DNA of 64,000 bases from Longimicrobiales bacterium (lineage in GTDB: Bacteria > Gemmatimonadota > Gemmatimonadetes > Longimicrobiales > Gaopeijiaceae). The DNA is taken from the NCBI GenBank assembly GCA_965248195.1, contig CBDFIQ010000001.1, positions 832,001 to 896,000 of the forward strand, written 5' to 3'. Of the stretch, positions 27,267-36,535 are shown piece by piece. The notes beneath the pieces were generated by a model. It did no database searches. It had not been told where the DNA came from and worked only from the letters and a program-made list of their open reading frames with translations. The position numbers and the translations under genes were made by a program. Within the stretch, counting starts at the first letter, position 1. Every line of letters starts with the position of its first letter.

Positions 27267-27951
27267 GGGGGGCATCCACGCCACCGAAGGGAGCGCGATG
27301 GGCGCTGAAGGGTGGGGGCTTCATGTTCGGGTGCGTGTTCCGCTGGACGCCATCGACCTCGACGTCGACTGGCGGCCCGAGCGGGATCGCGTCGCGATCC
27401 TAGGTCCGTCGGGGTCGGGAAAGAGTACCCTCCTGCGGGCGTTGGCCGGACTCGAACCCAGCGCGGAGGGCCGCGTGGGCTTCGGTGACGAGGTCTGGCT
27501 AGACTCCGACTCCGGGGTCAACATGCCCGCATGGGAGCGGAGGGTCGGGTGGGTGCCGCAGGACGCCCTGCTTTTTCCCCACCTCTCACTCAGAGAAAAT
27601 CTCGCCTACGCCGGGGCCGGTGAGTCCGAGGTCGAGAGAATGGCCGAATCATTGTTTCTCTCCGACTTGCTCGACCGGCGTCCCCGGTTTCTCTCCGGAG
27701 GCGAACGCCAGAGGGTGGCCTTGGGCCGGGCTCTTCTCTCGGCCCCAAGGATGTTGCTTCTCGACGAGCCATTCTCGGCGCTCGACCGACCCCTCCGCGG
27801 GGAGATCGCCGCCATGGTACGAGCATTCGCCCGTGACAGCGGGACACCCATCGTTCTCGTGAGCCACGACGAGCATGACGCCACGCTCCTGGCCGACGAG
27901 CGTTGGGTGCTCGTCGCGGGCAGCCTTACCGCGGACGGAGCCTCGCTGTAG
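27256..27951 (+). CDS. modC: Molybdate ABC transporter ATPase
   Basis: GPSGSGKST, LSGGERQRV, LLLDEPF. Confidence 0.9.
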   Translation: MATEGGIHATEGSAMGAEGWGLHVRVRVPLDAIDLDVDWRPERDRVAILGPSGSGKSTLLRALAGLEPSAEGRVGFGDEVWLDSDSGVNMPAWERRVGWVPQDALLFPHLSLRENLAYAGAGESEVERMAESLFLSDLLDRRPRFLSGGERQRVALGRALLSAPRMLLLDEPFSALDRPLRGEIAAMVRAFARDSGTPIVLVSHDEHDATLLADERWVLVAGSLTADGASL

Positions 27952-28078
27952 CCCGACGGTTCGTGGAAAGTCATGATGGACTTGGGGAATCCCACGGGGT
28001 AGCGACCCGGGCCGGTGCAAGCGTCAGACCGTGCCTTGGCGGTGGAGCGGGTTGGAGGCCGGCTTTGAAACCCGTGGA

Positions 28079-28862
28079 TTATTCGGGATTGTCACTGGGG
28101 CCGGAGGCACGGGAGTCGGGATCACCCGAGTCGGGGTCACCGGACTCGTCCGACTTCACCGTAGCGTCCTCGACGCTCTCCAACATCTCGTTCATCAACG
28201 ATCTCATCGCCTCATCCACAAACCCCTGCAAATCTTCATCTGACAGATCCCAGAGCCCGTCGTCGCAGTCCACCAAGAACGTATCCGTGTCCCCCTCGGC
28301 CCCGAAGGCCAAGACCGGCTTGCCGCCTTCCGCCTCGAGCCACAGCGTCCAACGCACAGCGTTCCGAGGGTCGGTCCAGTGGCGATCGCTCTCATTCCCG
28401 AACTTCTTCCTCATCCGATCCCGCCACGAGATTTTTCGCCGCTTCCCGCGCCTTGGTGGACGCCGGTAGTGCGCAAGCTTCGACTTGGAATACGAACGGA
28501 TCGGGCTATCCGAGGCTGCTTTTTCGATGGCCTCGAGGAGCTCCTGGGGGTCAATGGGCTTGCTGAGCGCCGCGCAGGCACCCTTGTTCTCCGCCGTAGC
28601 GAGCAGCGCAGGGCCTTTGGCGGAAACGGCAATGATCGGCGCGTCCGGGAACAACGCTTTCAACGCCACGATGAATTCAATACCACCGACGTGAGGCATG
28701 AGAAGATCTGTGACGACGACGTCGATGCTCTTTTCTCATGTAGATCTTGAAGGCTTGTTCGCCATTCGAGGCGAAATAGGCCACGTGACCCTTTCCCTGG
28801 ACGATGGTTGCCAAGGCCAACCGATCCGTCTGTTCGTCTTCGACGATGAGCACACGTGCCAT
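28079..28862 (-). pseudogene. Response regulator, frameshifted (or sequence error)
   Basis: MARVLIVEDE... continues as SIDVVVTDLLMP after one extra A at ~28731-28734. Confidence 0.8.
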
Positions 28863-29402
28863 GATACCAAATCCCTACTCCGGCCGCTGGGGGGGAGCGG
28901 ATTGGTGAGTGTGCTGCCGTAGGACATGTGCCAGGGATTATAAACCGCGGGCAAGCTTTTCGTTCGTCGGCTATCTCGGGCCTATAGCCCCCCGACCTTT
29001 CCAGCTCGTCCGCCAGCTCCGGCGCCAAGGGGGGGTGCGGCGCCGAAGGGGGGGTGTCCGGATTTTCCCGCAAGCAAGAAGGCTAAGGGTTAGAAGGGTT
29101 AGGAGGAGGCACGAGGGGCTGAGGTCGTGCTTCTTCTGCGGGAGGCCCAATCCGAGCGTCGAGGGGCTCGCCTCTGGTTCGGTGGAGCGATAGCCGTCTA
29201 TCTCGTCGCGGCGGGTGTCGTCGGCTTCCTGGTATGGCGCAGCTTCCACGGGGCAGCCCGCGCCTAACGAAGCCCCATCCATCATCCGGGCAACGCGGTC
29301 CACGGATAAGGTCAACATCCTGGTAGGCCGGGAGGGCGTGGCAGGGGCGGGTGTCCGGACAACCTGTGGGCGTCGGGCTTTACGTCAGCATATGGCGCAA
29401 AC

Positions 29403-29478
29403 AGCCCGACGGTACCTTCGGCCTAGCCTGACGGTACCCTTCGGCCTAACCCGACGGTGCCCTTCGGTTTAGCCCGAC
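29403..29478. repeat. Tandem repeat, ~3.3 x 22-23 bp
   Basis: AGCCCGACGGTACC(C)TTCGGCCT units. Confidence 0.85.
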
Positions 29479-30446
29479 CGAGGCCCTGAGACCTCCGGGA
29501 CCACCACCAGGAGTGCCTGAGGCACCGCCTCGATGATCACCTCGGCACCCTCGGCCTGCCAGAGCTCCCCGTCGACCTCGTATTTCGGTGGCGTGGAAAA
29601 GCGCACCGAGAAGCGGGCGCTTTGGCGCATCTGGACATGCGGAGATTGCACGTGCCGCCCCTTGGGGGCCGCGTTGAAGAGACGCCACCGTTTGAATGCC
29701 GGCGTGTTACCGATAACACACGCGTCCAACCGCCCGTCGTCGAGTTGGGCCTCCGGAGCGATCAGGAAGCCGCCACCGAAAAAAGGCGCGTTCGAGATGG
29801 TGAGCATGAGCTGCTCACCGTCCACCGTAGGTCCATCACCCTCGAGCACCAACGGGACGCCGGAATAGGAAAAGAGGTTCTTCAGGGCGGTCACCTTGTA
29901 CAGCAGCTCACCCCGCAGGAATCGGGCGCCTAATGTGTCTTCGATGACGGCTACATCGAATCCGAATCCTACCAAATTGAGAAAGTTGCGACCCCTCGAT
30001 GTCCGATGTGGGCCCGCCTGTGCCCTCAGCGGGGTCCCTCCGGTGATGACCCTGCCCACGTCGACGCAGCGGACGACTCCCCTCGCCAGGGTCCGGACGG
30101 CGATCTCGGGATTACGCATCGACACGCCGAAATTGCGTCCGAAATCGTTGCCCGTGCCGGAAGCGAGAAGGCCCAGCGCCACGTTCGCCTTGCCCGAATC
30201 CACGATCCGGTCGGCGATGTTACTCCACGTCCCGTCCCCGCCCACCGCGACGATGAGGTTGAACCCCTCGGCGATCGCCCGCTCCGCGAGGACAATTTCT
30301 TCGCCGGCCCGTGAAGTGGCCGCGTGCATGAAGCCCGGAATGTGTTTCTCGAGCAACGAGAGGAATCGCTTGATTCTTCGCGCACCACGGCCGCGCCCCG
30401 AGGCCGGATTGAAGATTACGAAGACACGACGCCCATTACTGTGCAC
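29469..30446 (-). CDS. Diacylglycerol/sphingosine kinase-family lipid kinase
   Basis: NPASG, GGDGT, GTGNDF, GFD, FFGGG, EVDGE. Confidence 0.93.
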   Translation of the reverse strand: MHSNGRRVFVIFNPASGRGRGARRIKRFLSLLEKHIPGFMHAATSRAGEEIVLAERAIAEGFNLIVAVGGDGTWSNIADRIVDSGKANVALGLLASGTGNDFGRNFGVSMRNPEIAVRTLARGVVRCVDVGRVITGGTPLRAQAGPHRTSRGRNFLNLVGFGFDVAVIEDTLGARFLRGELLYKVTALKNLFSYSGVPLVLEGDGPTVDGEQLMLTISNAPFFGGGFLIAPEAQLDDGRLDACVIGNTPAFKRWRLFNAAPKGRHVQSPHVQMRQSARFSVRFSTPPKYEVDGELWQAEGAEVIIEAVPQALLVVVPEVSGPRSG

Positions 30447-30453
30447 GGTCTTT

Positions 30454-31125
30454 TTAGAGTGCTTCGAGCGGAGCGAAGACCTCCACGCCCTTCTTCATCC
30501 ACTGCTCCCGAAAGGGCGCGTCCGCGATCTCGTCTATGGTCAGCCCGTCTGTCATCTCGTGGGGATGGATGACGAGTGAGCCTCTCTCGAACTCGTGTTC
30601 ACTGTAGCTTTCGCCCCTCATGGTGATGTCCGACTTATAGAGCCTTCCGGCGTCGGACACGAAGGTGTGAAAGAGCAATTCCGCTGGCTCGAAACGGTGG
30701 CTCGTGCCCGTGAGCTCGAGGATCGGCTCCCCATCGGCGCTCGCCGCAGCGCAAATCTGACCCTGGGCCTCGGCGAAGGTGACCACGACGTCCCGCTTGA
30801 GGTGCGGCAGCTTCCAGCGCGCGACCCCTTCCCTGCGGCCCTTCTCCGTACTCGTGGCTATGACGAAGGGGAAAAGGGCGGCCTTCGGTAGCGGGTCCCC
30901 GGGCTTCACGAGTGGCGGCACGAGGACAGCGAGCACCAGCTCTTGGTATACGCCTCCGTCACCCTCGTAGAAATCGAAGACAGTGACGGAGAGAACGCTG
31001 CGCTCGTGCTGGACCTCGAGGGGTTGGAGGCACGATGGGACCAGCCGCCGCGCGTCGGACGTCGGCATCTCGAAGAGACAACTCAGCCCGTGGTTGAAGT
31101 AATAGTGCCCTCGGTCGTCGGGCAT
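30454..31125 (-). CDS. Acetoacetate decarboxylase-like protein
   Basis: ARRLVP..LQP, YQEL, GRREG...WKLP pattern. Confidence 0.7.
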   Translation of the reverse strand: MPDDRGHYYFNHGLSCLFEMPTSDARRLVPSCLQPLEVQHERSVLSVTVFDFYEGDGGVYQELVLAVLVPPLVKPGDPLPKAALFPFVIATSTEKGRREGVARWKLPHLKRDVVVTFAEAQGQICAAASADGEPILELTGTSHRFEPAELLFHTFVSDAGRLYKSDITMRGESYSEHEFERGSLVIHPHEMTDGLTIDEIADAPFREQWMKKGVEVFAPLEAL

Positions 31126-32435
31126 ATGCCATACCTTTGCAGTACGCTTGTGATGATCCCAACTCCCTCCTCCAGCTCCTCCCGGGAGTGGGCGGCGGAG
31201 ATCGACATCCGGAAGCGGGACCGGTGCTTCGGCACGGCGGGATACTTAACTGGGTTCAGATAGATCCCTTCATTCATGAGCGCCTCGCCGATCTCGAAGA
31301 TTCGCGCGTCGTCCCGTATCATGATCGGAATCACTTGCGACTCGGAGTCTCCTACTGAGACGCCGGCCTCGCGAAGGCGCTTCTGCATGAACTCGACGTT
31401 GTCCCAGAGCTTGGTCCTCAACTCGGGCTCGGCCAAGAAGATCTCGAGGGCCCTCAGGATCCCTGCGGTCACCACCGGAGATATCCCGCAAGAGAAGGTT
31501 CGGGACCGGGAGAATCCGCGGAGGTAATTGATCAACTTGTGAGACCCGGCGACGAATCCGCCCTGGCCACCGAGGCTCTTGGAGAAGGTACCGACGTGCA
31601 TGTCGATCTCGTCCTCATACCCGAAGTGCTCGGCCACGCCACGACCGTTCTCTCCGTAAATGAAGGTCGAGTGAGCCTCGTCGATCAGGATCCGCGCTCC
31701 ATAGCGTTGACAGACCTCCACGATGTCGGGTACGAGCGCAACGTCGCCGTCCATCGAGTAGACGCCCTCGATGAGGACCAGCTTCTTGCCCTCGTAACGC
31801 TTCAGCTTGCGCTCGAGGTCATCGACCTTGTTGTGCCTGAAGAAGCGGCTGTTCGCCTTCGAAAGGATCATGCCGTCGACCAGGCTGGCGTGCGCGTACT
31901 GGTCGGCGACAATGAGATCGCCCGAGCGCATGAGCCCGGCGATGACCCCTACGTTCACACTGTAGCCCGTAGGGAAGAGCAGGACGGCCTCCTTGCCCTT
32001 GAACTCGGCCATGAGGTCGGCGAGCTCGTGGTGCACCTCCAGCGAGCCGCTGAGGATCGGGGATCCCGAGGCACCGTTCCCGTACCGGTGCACAGACTCG
32101 ATCACGGCCCCCTTGACCTCGGGGCGGTAGGACAGCCCGAGGTAGTTGTAGGAGGCGAAATTCAAGAGGTCGCCGTGGACCTTGCCCGTCTTGGTGTTAC
32201 GGATGTCGACTCGCGTCGTGGGCGAACCCTGCATGGGAAGCCCGTACAAGTAGTAACCGGACGGTTTGGAGTCCTTCCACCACTCGTCGAAGGGTTCGAG
32301 CATGCCAAAGGCATCGTTCCCGGCCCCGAAGTAGAAGTTCGTGTAGTCGTACTGCATGGCGAGCGGGAGTTGCTTGCCGGACTTGTCGTTGAACATGCCG
32401 GCCTGGCTCGTACCATCCGCTGTTTTCTCGCCCAT
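31083..32435 (-). CDS. PLP-dependent alpha-oxoamine synthase (serine palmitoyltransferase-like)
   Basis: NFASYNYLGL, HASL, YSMDGD, DEAHS, GTFSKSLG. Confidence 0.88.
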   Translation of the reverse strand: MGEKTADGTSQAGMFNDKSGKQLPLAMQYDYTNFYFGAGNDAFGMLEPFDEWWKDSKPSGYYLYGLPMQGSPTTRVDIRNTKTGKVHGDLLNFASYNYLGLSYRPEVKGAVIESVHRYGNGASGSPILSGSLEVHHELADLMAEFKGKEAVLLFPTGYSVNVGVIAGLMRSGDLIVADQYAHASLVDGMILSKANSRFFRHNKVDDLERKLKRYEGKKLVLIEGVYSMDGDVALVPDIVEVCQRYGARILIDEAHSTFIYGENGRGVAEHFGYEDEIDMHVGTFSKSLGGQGGFVAGSHKLINYLRGFSRSRTFSCGISPVVTAGILRALEIFLAEPELRTKLWDNVEFMQKRLREAGVSVGDSESQVIPIMIRDDARIFEIGEALMNEGIYLNPVKYPAVPKHRSRFRMSISAAHSREELEEGVGIITSVLQRYGICPTTEGTITSTTG

Positions 32436-32697
32436 CGAGCCCTCCATCCAAGATACCTTTAGGTCCAGCCCCAAGTGTACGTGTCGTCCACCCTGGTCCC
32501 AAGAACGATCACGGGTCGGAGCCGGGCGCCAGGGGGGCAAACCCTGAAGCTAAAAGAACGGGTGATCAGGTCCAGGCGTCGTAGGACCCGGGTGCGTCCA
32601 CCACGTAGGGTCCCCCCGAGGCAACGCTCCATCGCGACACACGATCGAGGAACGGCCTGACACCCTGGGGGAAAGGTGCCGGTCCGTCCCCAAGAAG

Positions 32698-32770
32698 CTC
32701 CCGCGGCTGGACTCGAACCAGCGACAAGACGGTTAACAGCCGTCTGCTCTACCAACTGAGCTACGCGGGA
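32698..32770 (-). tRNA. tRNA-Asn(GTT), CCA not encoded
   Basis: Cloverleaf TCCCGCG...GCTGTTAAC...GGTTCGAGTCC...CGCGGGAG. Confidence 0.97.
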
Positions 32771-33605
32771 TCGGATTCTTACCAGATGAATGTAGACTGA
32801 GGTACTCTACTTCTGAGCCGGAGGGTGTCAAGGACTTCGCCGGCCAAGTAGGAAGTCTCAAAGTGACCTGCTACCCCGGGGGCCGCGAAGGGGCCGGCAG
32901 AAGGATGTGCCCGGCCAACCGCGCCGGGATTCTACCGTACGATCAGATAGACGAGCGACGCCCCGGTGAAGAGGACGGTGAGTGCATTCCCCCAGATGCT
33001 GATTTGCTCTCGGAGTTGGGAGCTTTCGGCCCTGGGCACGTAAAGCCAGTCCCCCGACTGGATCTGCAGGCCAAGGATCTCCGGGCGTATTTCGAGCGGA
33101 CGCAAGTCGAGCACCGTGCCCACGCCGTTACGGACGAGGCGAACCTGGCTGGCATCGGATGCTCCGCCTGAAAGGCCCAAGTCGATCTCGGACGTCACGC
33201 CGCCGGCCAGGGCCAAGGCGTCGACCAACGTCGCCGAAGGCGGGACGAAGAACTGGCCCGGAATTCGGACCGCGCCCGTAATGTTCACGTTGACGTTGGT
33301 GACGACTTCGATGACCGGATCCGAATAGAGTGCGCCGTAGCGCTCCTCCAAGAGCCTCCGGATGTCGGCGGTCTCCATCCCGACCACGTGGACCGTCCCG
33401 AGAAAGGGCAGAAAGAGCTCACCGTTGGGGTCGACGGTGCGCTCACGGGAGACCTCGGCGAGTCTCGCTCCCGCCGACGTGTAGAAGGCGATGTTCACCT
33501 GGTCGCCCGGCTGCACCCCCGTCCGCGTCAACCCCTCTCTGCCAACGTACGTGAGACACGGAGCACGCAAAGAATTAGAGTAGGGCGAAGGCAGAGAAAA
33601 CGAAC

Positions 33606-34055
33606 ATGTTGGGACTGCGAGAGAGAATGGAAGAGAATGGTAGTGCCCCTGGAATCGGGGAGGCCAAGCGAAGCGCGGCAGCTCCTGCGGACCCGGAGGT
33701 AGTAGATAGGCCGCTACGCCGGCGGTTCAGTCCATCGTACAAGCTGCGGATCGTCGAAGAAGCGGACCGGTGCACCGAGCCCGGCGAGGTGGGTCAGCTC
33801 CTGCGGCGCGAGGGCCTGTACTCGTCGCACCTGACGACGTGGCGCAAGGCGGCGCATAGCGGGTCGCTGAAGGCCCTGTCGAAGAAACGCGGCCGCAAGC
33901 CGGAGCGGAATCCGCTGGATGAGAAGGTACGCAAGCTGGAGCGGCAAAACGCACGGCTCGAGAATGAGCTCAGGAAGGCACACCTGATCATCGACGTGCA
34001 GGGAAAAGTTGCGGGGCTGCTGGGGATAAGCCTCGACGACGGGACGAACTCTTGA
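33606..34055 (+). CDS. IS3 transposase OrfA
   Basis: RRRFSPSYKLRIV, LLRREGLYSSHL HTH and coiled coil. Confidence 0.9.
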   Translation: MLGLRERMEENGSAPGIGEAKRSAAAPADPEVVDRPLRRRFSPSYKLRIVEEADRCTEPGEVGQLLRREGLYSSHLTTWRKAAHSGSLKALSKKRGRKPERNPLDEKVRKLERQNARLENELRKAHLIIDVQGKVAGLLGISLDDGTNS

Positions 34056-35059
34056 AGGCGGCCGATGAGCTGGCTAAGCACGTCGGTGTAAAACCGGCGT
34101 GCGCGGCTCTCGAGGTCTCCCGATCGACGTTCTACCGTCGTCGAGGCCCATCGACCGGGCAACGGCAGCCCCGCCCGACGCCCGCCCGGGCATTGAGCGA
34201 GACGGAACGAGGCGAGGTCTTCGACACGCTGTGTTCGGAGCGGTTCGTGGACCGCTCACCCGCCGAGGTGGTGGCCACGCTGCTCGACGAAGAGGTCTAC
34301 CTGTGCAGCGAACGCACGATGTATCGTGTTCTGGCCTCCGAGGTGCCGGTTCAGGAACGCCGGGCGCAGCGCACCCATCCCGAGTACAAGAAGCCCGAGT
34401 TGATGGCCACGGCGCCGAACCAGGTGTGGTCCTGGGATATCACGCGGCTACTCGGGCCGAAGAAGTGGAGCTATTACTACCTCTACGTCATCATGGACAT
34501 CTACAGCCGCTACGTCGTGGGCTGGATGGTGGCGGACCGGGAGAACTCGGCCCTGGCCGGCCGGTTGATCCAGCAGAGCTGCCTGAAGCATGGCGTCCAG
34601 CCCCGGGTCCTGACCCTGCACTCGGATCGGGGAGCTCCAATGACGAGCCAATGCACCGCTCAACTTCTCGCTGACCTCGGCGTGACTCGCTCGTTGAGCC
34701 GGCCTCAGGTGTCGGATGACAACCCGTTTTCCGAGGCTCAGTTCAAAACCTTGAAGTACCATCCCTCGTTTCCCGGGCGGTTCGGGGATCAGGGCCAGGC
34801 CAAGACGTTGTGTCGATCGTTCTTCCGCTGGTACAATGCCGAGCACCGCCATGGCGGTATCTCGATGCTAACCCCCGAGCAGGTCCACTTCGGGAACGCC
34901 GATCAGGTCATTGCCGGCAGGAAATCCGTGCTCCGCGAAGCATGGGCCGCTCATCCCGAACGCTTCGTCACAGGTGTGCCGAAGCCCAAACCGCTCCCGG
35001 AGGCCGTCTACATCAATCCTCCCATCCCTTCCCTCACCACACAGGATATTGCTCTCTAA
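34052..35059 (+). CDS. IS3 transposase OrfB (DDE)
   Basis: WSWDIT, HSDRG, DNPFSEAQFKTLK. Confidence 0.95.
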   Translation: MKAADELAKHVGVKPACAALEVSRSTFYRRRGPSTGQRQPRPTPARALSETERGEVFDTLCSERFVDRSPAEVVATLLDEEVYLCSERTMYRVLASEVPVQERRAQRTHPEYKKPELMATAPNQVWSWDITRLLGPKKWSYYYLYVIMDIYSRYVVGWMVADRENSALAGRLIQQSCLKHGVQPRVLTLHSDRGAPMTSQCTAQLLADLGVTRSLSRPQVSDDNPFSEAQFKTLKYHPSFPGRFGDQGQAKTLCRSFFRWYNAEHRHGGISMLTPEQVHFGNADQVIAGRKSVLREAWAAHPERFVTGVPKPKPLPEAVYINPPIPSLTTQDIAL

Positions 35060-35689
35060 TTAATCCCGTAGAGTGTCCCATTGTCGTTGACAGGTTCCGA
35101 ACTGGGGGAGCTCCATACGCAGGATCGAGCCGCTCGAGGCGCAGGCGCCGAGGAGAAGGGAGAGCACGAAGACGAGTGCGGCCGCACCGCCGGATTTCAC
35201 CATGGGTTCGGGATCCTGTTGAGTTGAGCTTCGATGGGTTCACCTGTATCTTCTAGTCTATACAAACGCCTGATCCTGTGTCCAGATTGACGGATGGCGC
35301 AGCTCGCGAGAATCGAACTCCATCTGTTTCCTTTTTTGGGTTATCTTCTCAGGTCGAATCCCTCAAACATCTTAGAGCAGTGACGGCTCTTTTTGGCGTC
35401 AAATGTTCCCACAAAAATTGAAGAGCTTGACAGGCGCACCCTTTGGCCTTCATATGAGGAGCCTCAATTGCCCCCCCCCTCGGAACTAGAGCGGGCGCAC
35501 GGAGGGACTTGCGCCCACGAAAATTTTCGACTCGGAAGAGATGAGCGGGAGAACCTACGCAGAGGAGGCTGTGGTTGCGCCGGCCGTGAATGCCGGACCG
35601 ACGAACGGTGGAGTGGGGCCAACTTCGAGTGGCCGAACTGGTCGTTGCTCGGAGCTGCCTCTCAAGTCGTTCCTCGAACCAACAACCTA

Positions 35690-36310
35690 GTGGACGCAGA
35701 ACTTACCCCCGAATCTAAGTGGAATATCGAGAGCGCCGAGGCGCTTCTCAACTCACTTAAGGGCGTGGTGTCGGCGCGAGTCGTGGCTCGCCCCGGTGGA
35801 ATTATAGAGGAGATCCACCTCCTCACGGAGGGGGATGTGTCGGCGAAACAGTCGGTCCGAAACGTCGAGTCGGTGCTGCTGGCTCACTTCGGTCTGAAGA
35901 TCGACCACCGAAAGGTGTCGGTCGCTCAGAAGGACGATGAGCAGGGTGACGCGGTGAAGGCTTTCGCTTTCGGAAGCGGGAGTGGAGAGGGCCGGTTCCT
36001 CTTCGTGACCCACCGCGTCGAGACGGAGAAGGCGCACCGAGTGCGGATCGCCGTCACCGTGGAGTGGGACGGCGAGCAGTATGAGGGCGAAGCGAGTGGG
36101 TCGGCGAGGGTGCCCTAACGTTGTCAGTAGATGGAGTGAAAGTGGTCGAGGCGTTCGACGGTCAGTTCGTCTTGGTTGCCATACATGCGATTCACGGACG
36201 GTCGAATCACGGCCCTCGCGGGGGCTGCGGCCGTAGAAGACACAGCCGATAGGGCTGTCATATTGGGGACGCTACAAGCCGCGGACCGTTGGGTCCGAGG
36301 CAGAATTTGA
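35690..36310 (+). pseudogene. Conserved hypothetical protein, broken by two frame changes
   Basis: IEEIHLL...KQSVRNVES...IDHRKVSVAQ; coding-like continuation DGVKVVEAF... and ...DRAVILGTLQAADR in other frames. Confidence 0.65.
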
Positions 36311-36444
36311 GCGGAGACCCGCAGGAACAACTTTAAATCAGGGAGAACCCCTCGACCGGCCAAGAGCGAAGCGGAGAGCGAGCGAAGCGATAGCAGCTTC
36401 TTGAGCGGTAGAAGCTGACACCTACGAATAAGGAGGTGCAGCTT

Positions 36445-36507
36445 ATGTTTAGCTCTCTATTTCATTTTTTAGGAGCATTGCTCTTCAGAGGTATTTTGGG
36501 CCTGTAG
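36445..36507 (+). CDS. 20-aa hydrophobic peptide MFSSLFHFLGALLFRGILGL
   Basis: Perfect SD TAAGGAGGT 7 nt before ATG; ends 28 nt before HD-GYP gene. Confidence 0.8.
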   Translation: MFSSLFHFLGALLFRGILGL

Positions 36508-36535
36508 ACCGGCCTGTCGAGGGGGACTTTCTCGA

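Larger units (their letters stand above)
33552..35099 (+). mobile_element. IS3-family element
   Basis: orfA/orfB; imperfect IR TGAGACAC..AATTAGAG / CTCTAATT..GTGTCCCA plus ~19-bp extension. Confidence 0.9.
32932..35203 (-). pseudogene. Polysaccharide export lipoprotein (Wza/SLBB-like) split by IS3
   Basis: Lipobox LLGAC at 5' part (35203-35101); QPGD, V.P.G.L.LPFLG, V.ITGAV.PG in 3' part. Confidence 0.85.

Noticed and set aside
28731..28734. Programmed frameshift in the response regulator
   Set aside because: Single extra A in a short run with no stimulatory signal; more likely a mutation or sequencing error.
29085..29103. Telomere-like AAGGGTTAG repeat
   Set aside because: Only two copies; compatible with chance.
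29403..29478. Mini CRISPR array
   Set aside because: Units are contiguous with no spacers; no cas genes.
32698..32770. tRNA-Asn as an integration site
   Set aside because: No duplicated tRNA 3' end or integrase seen in the window.
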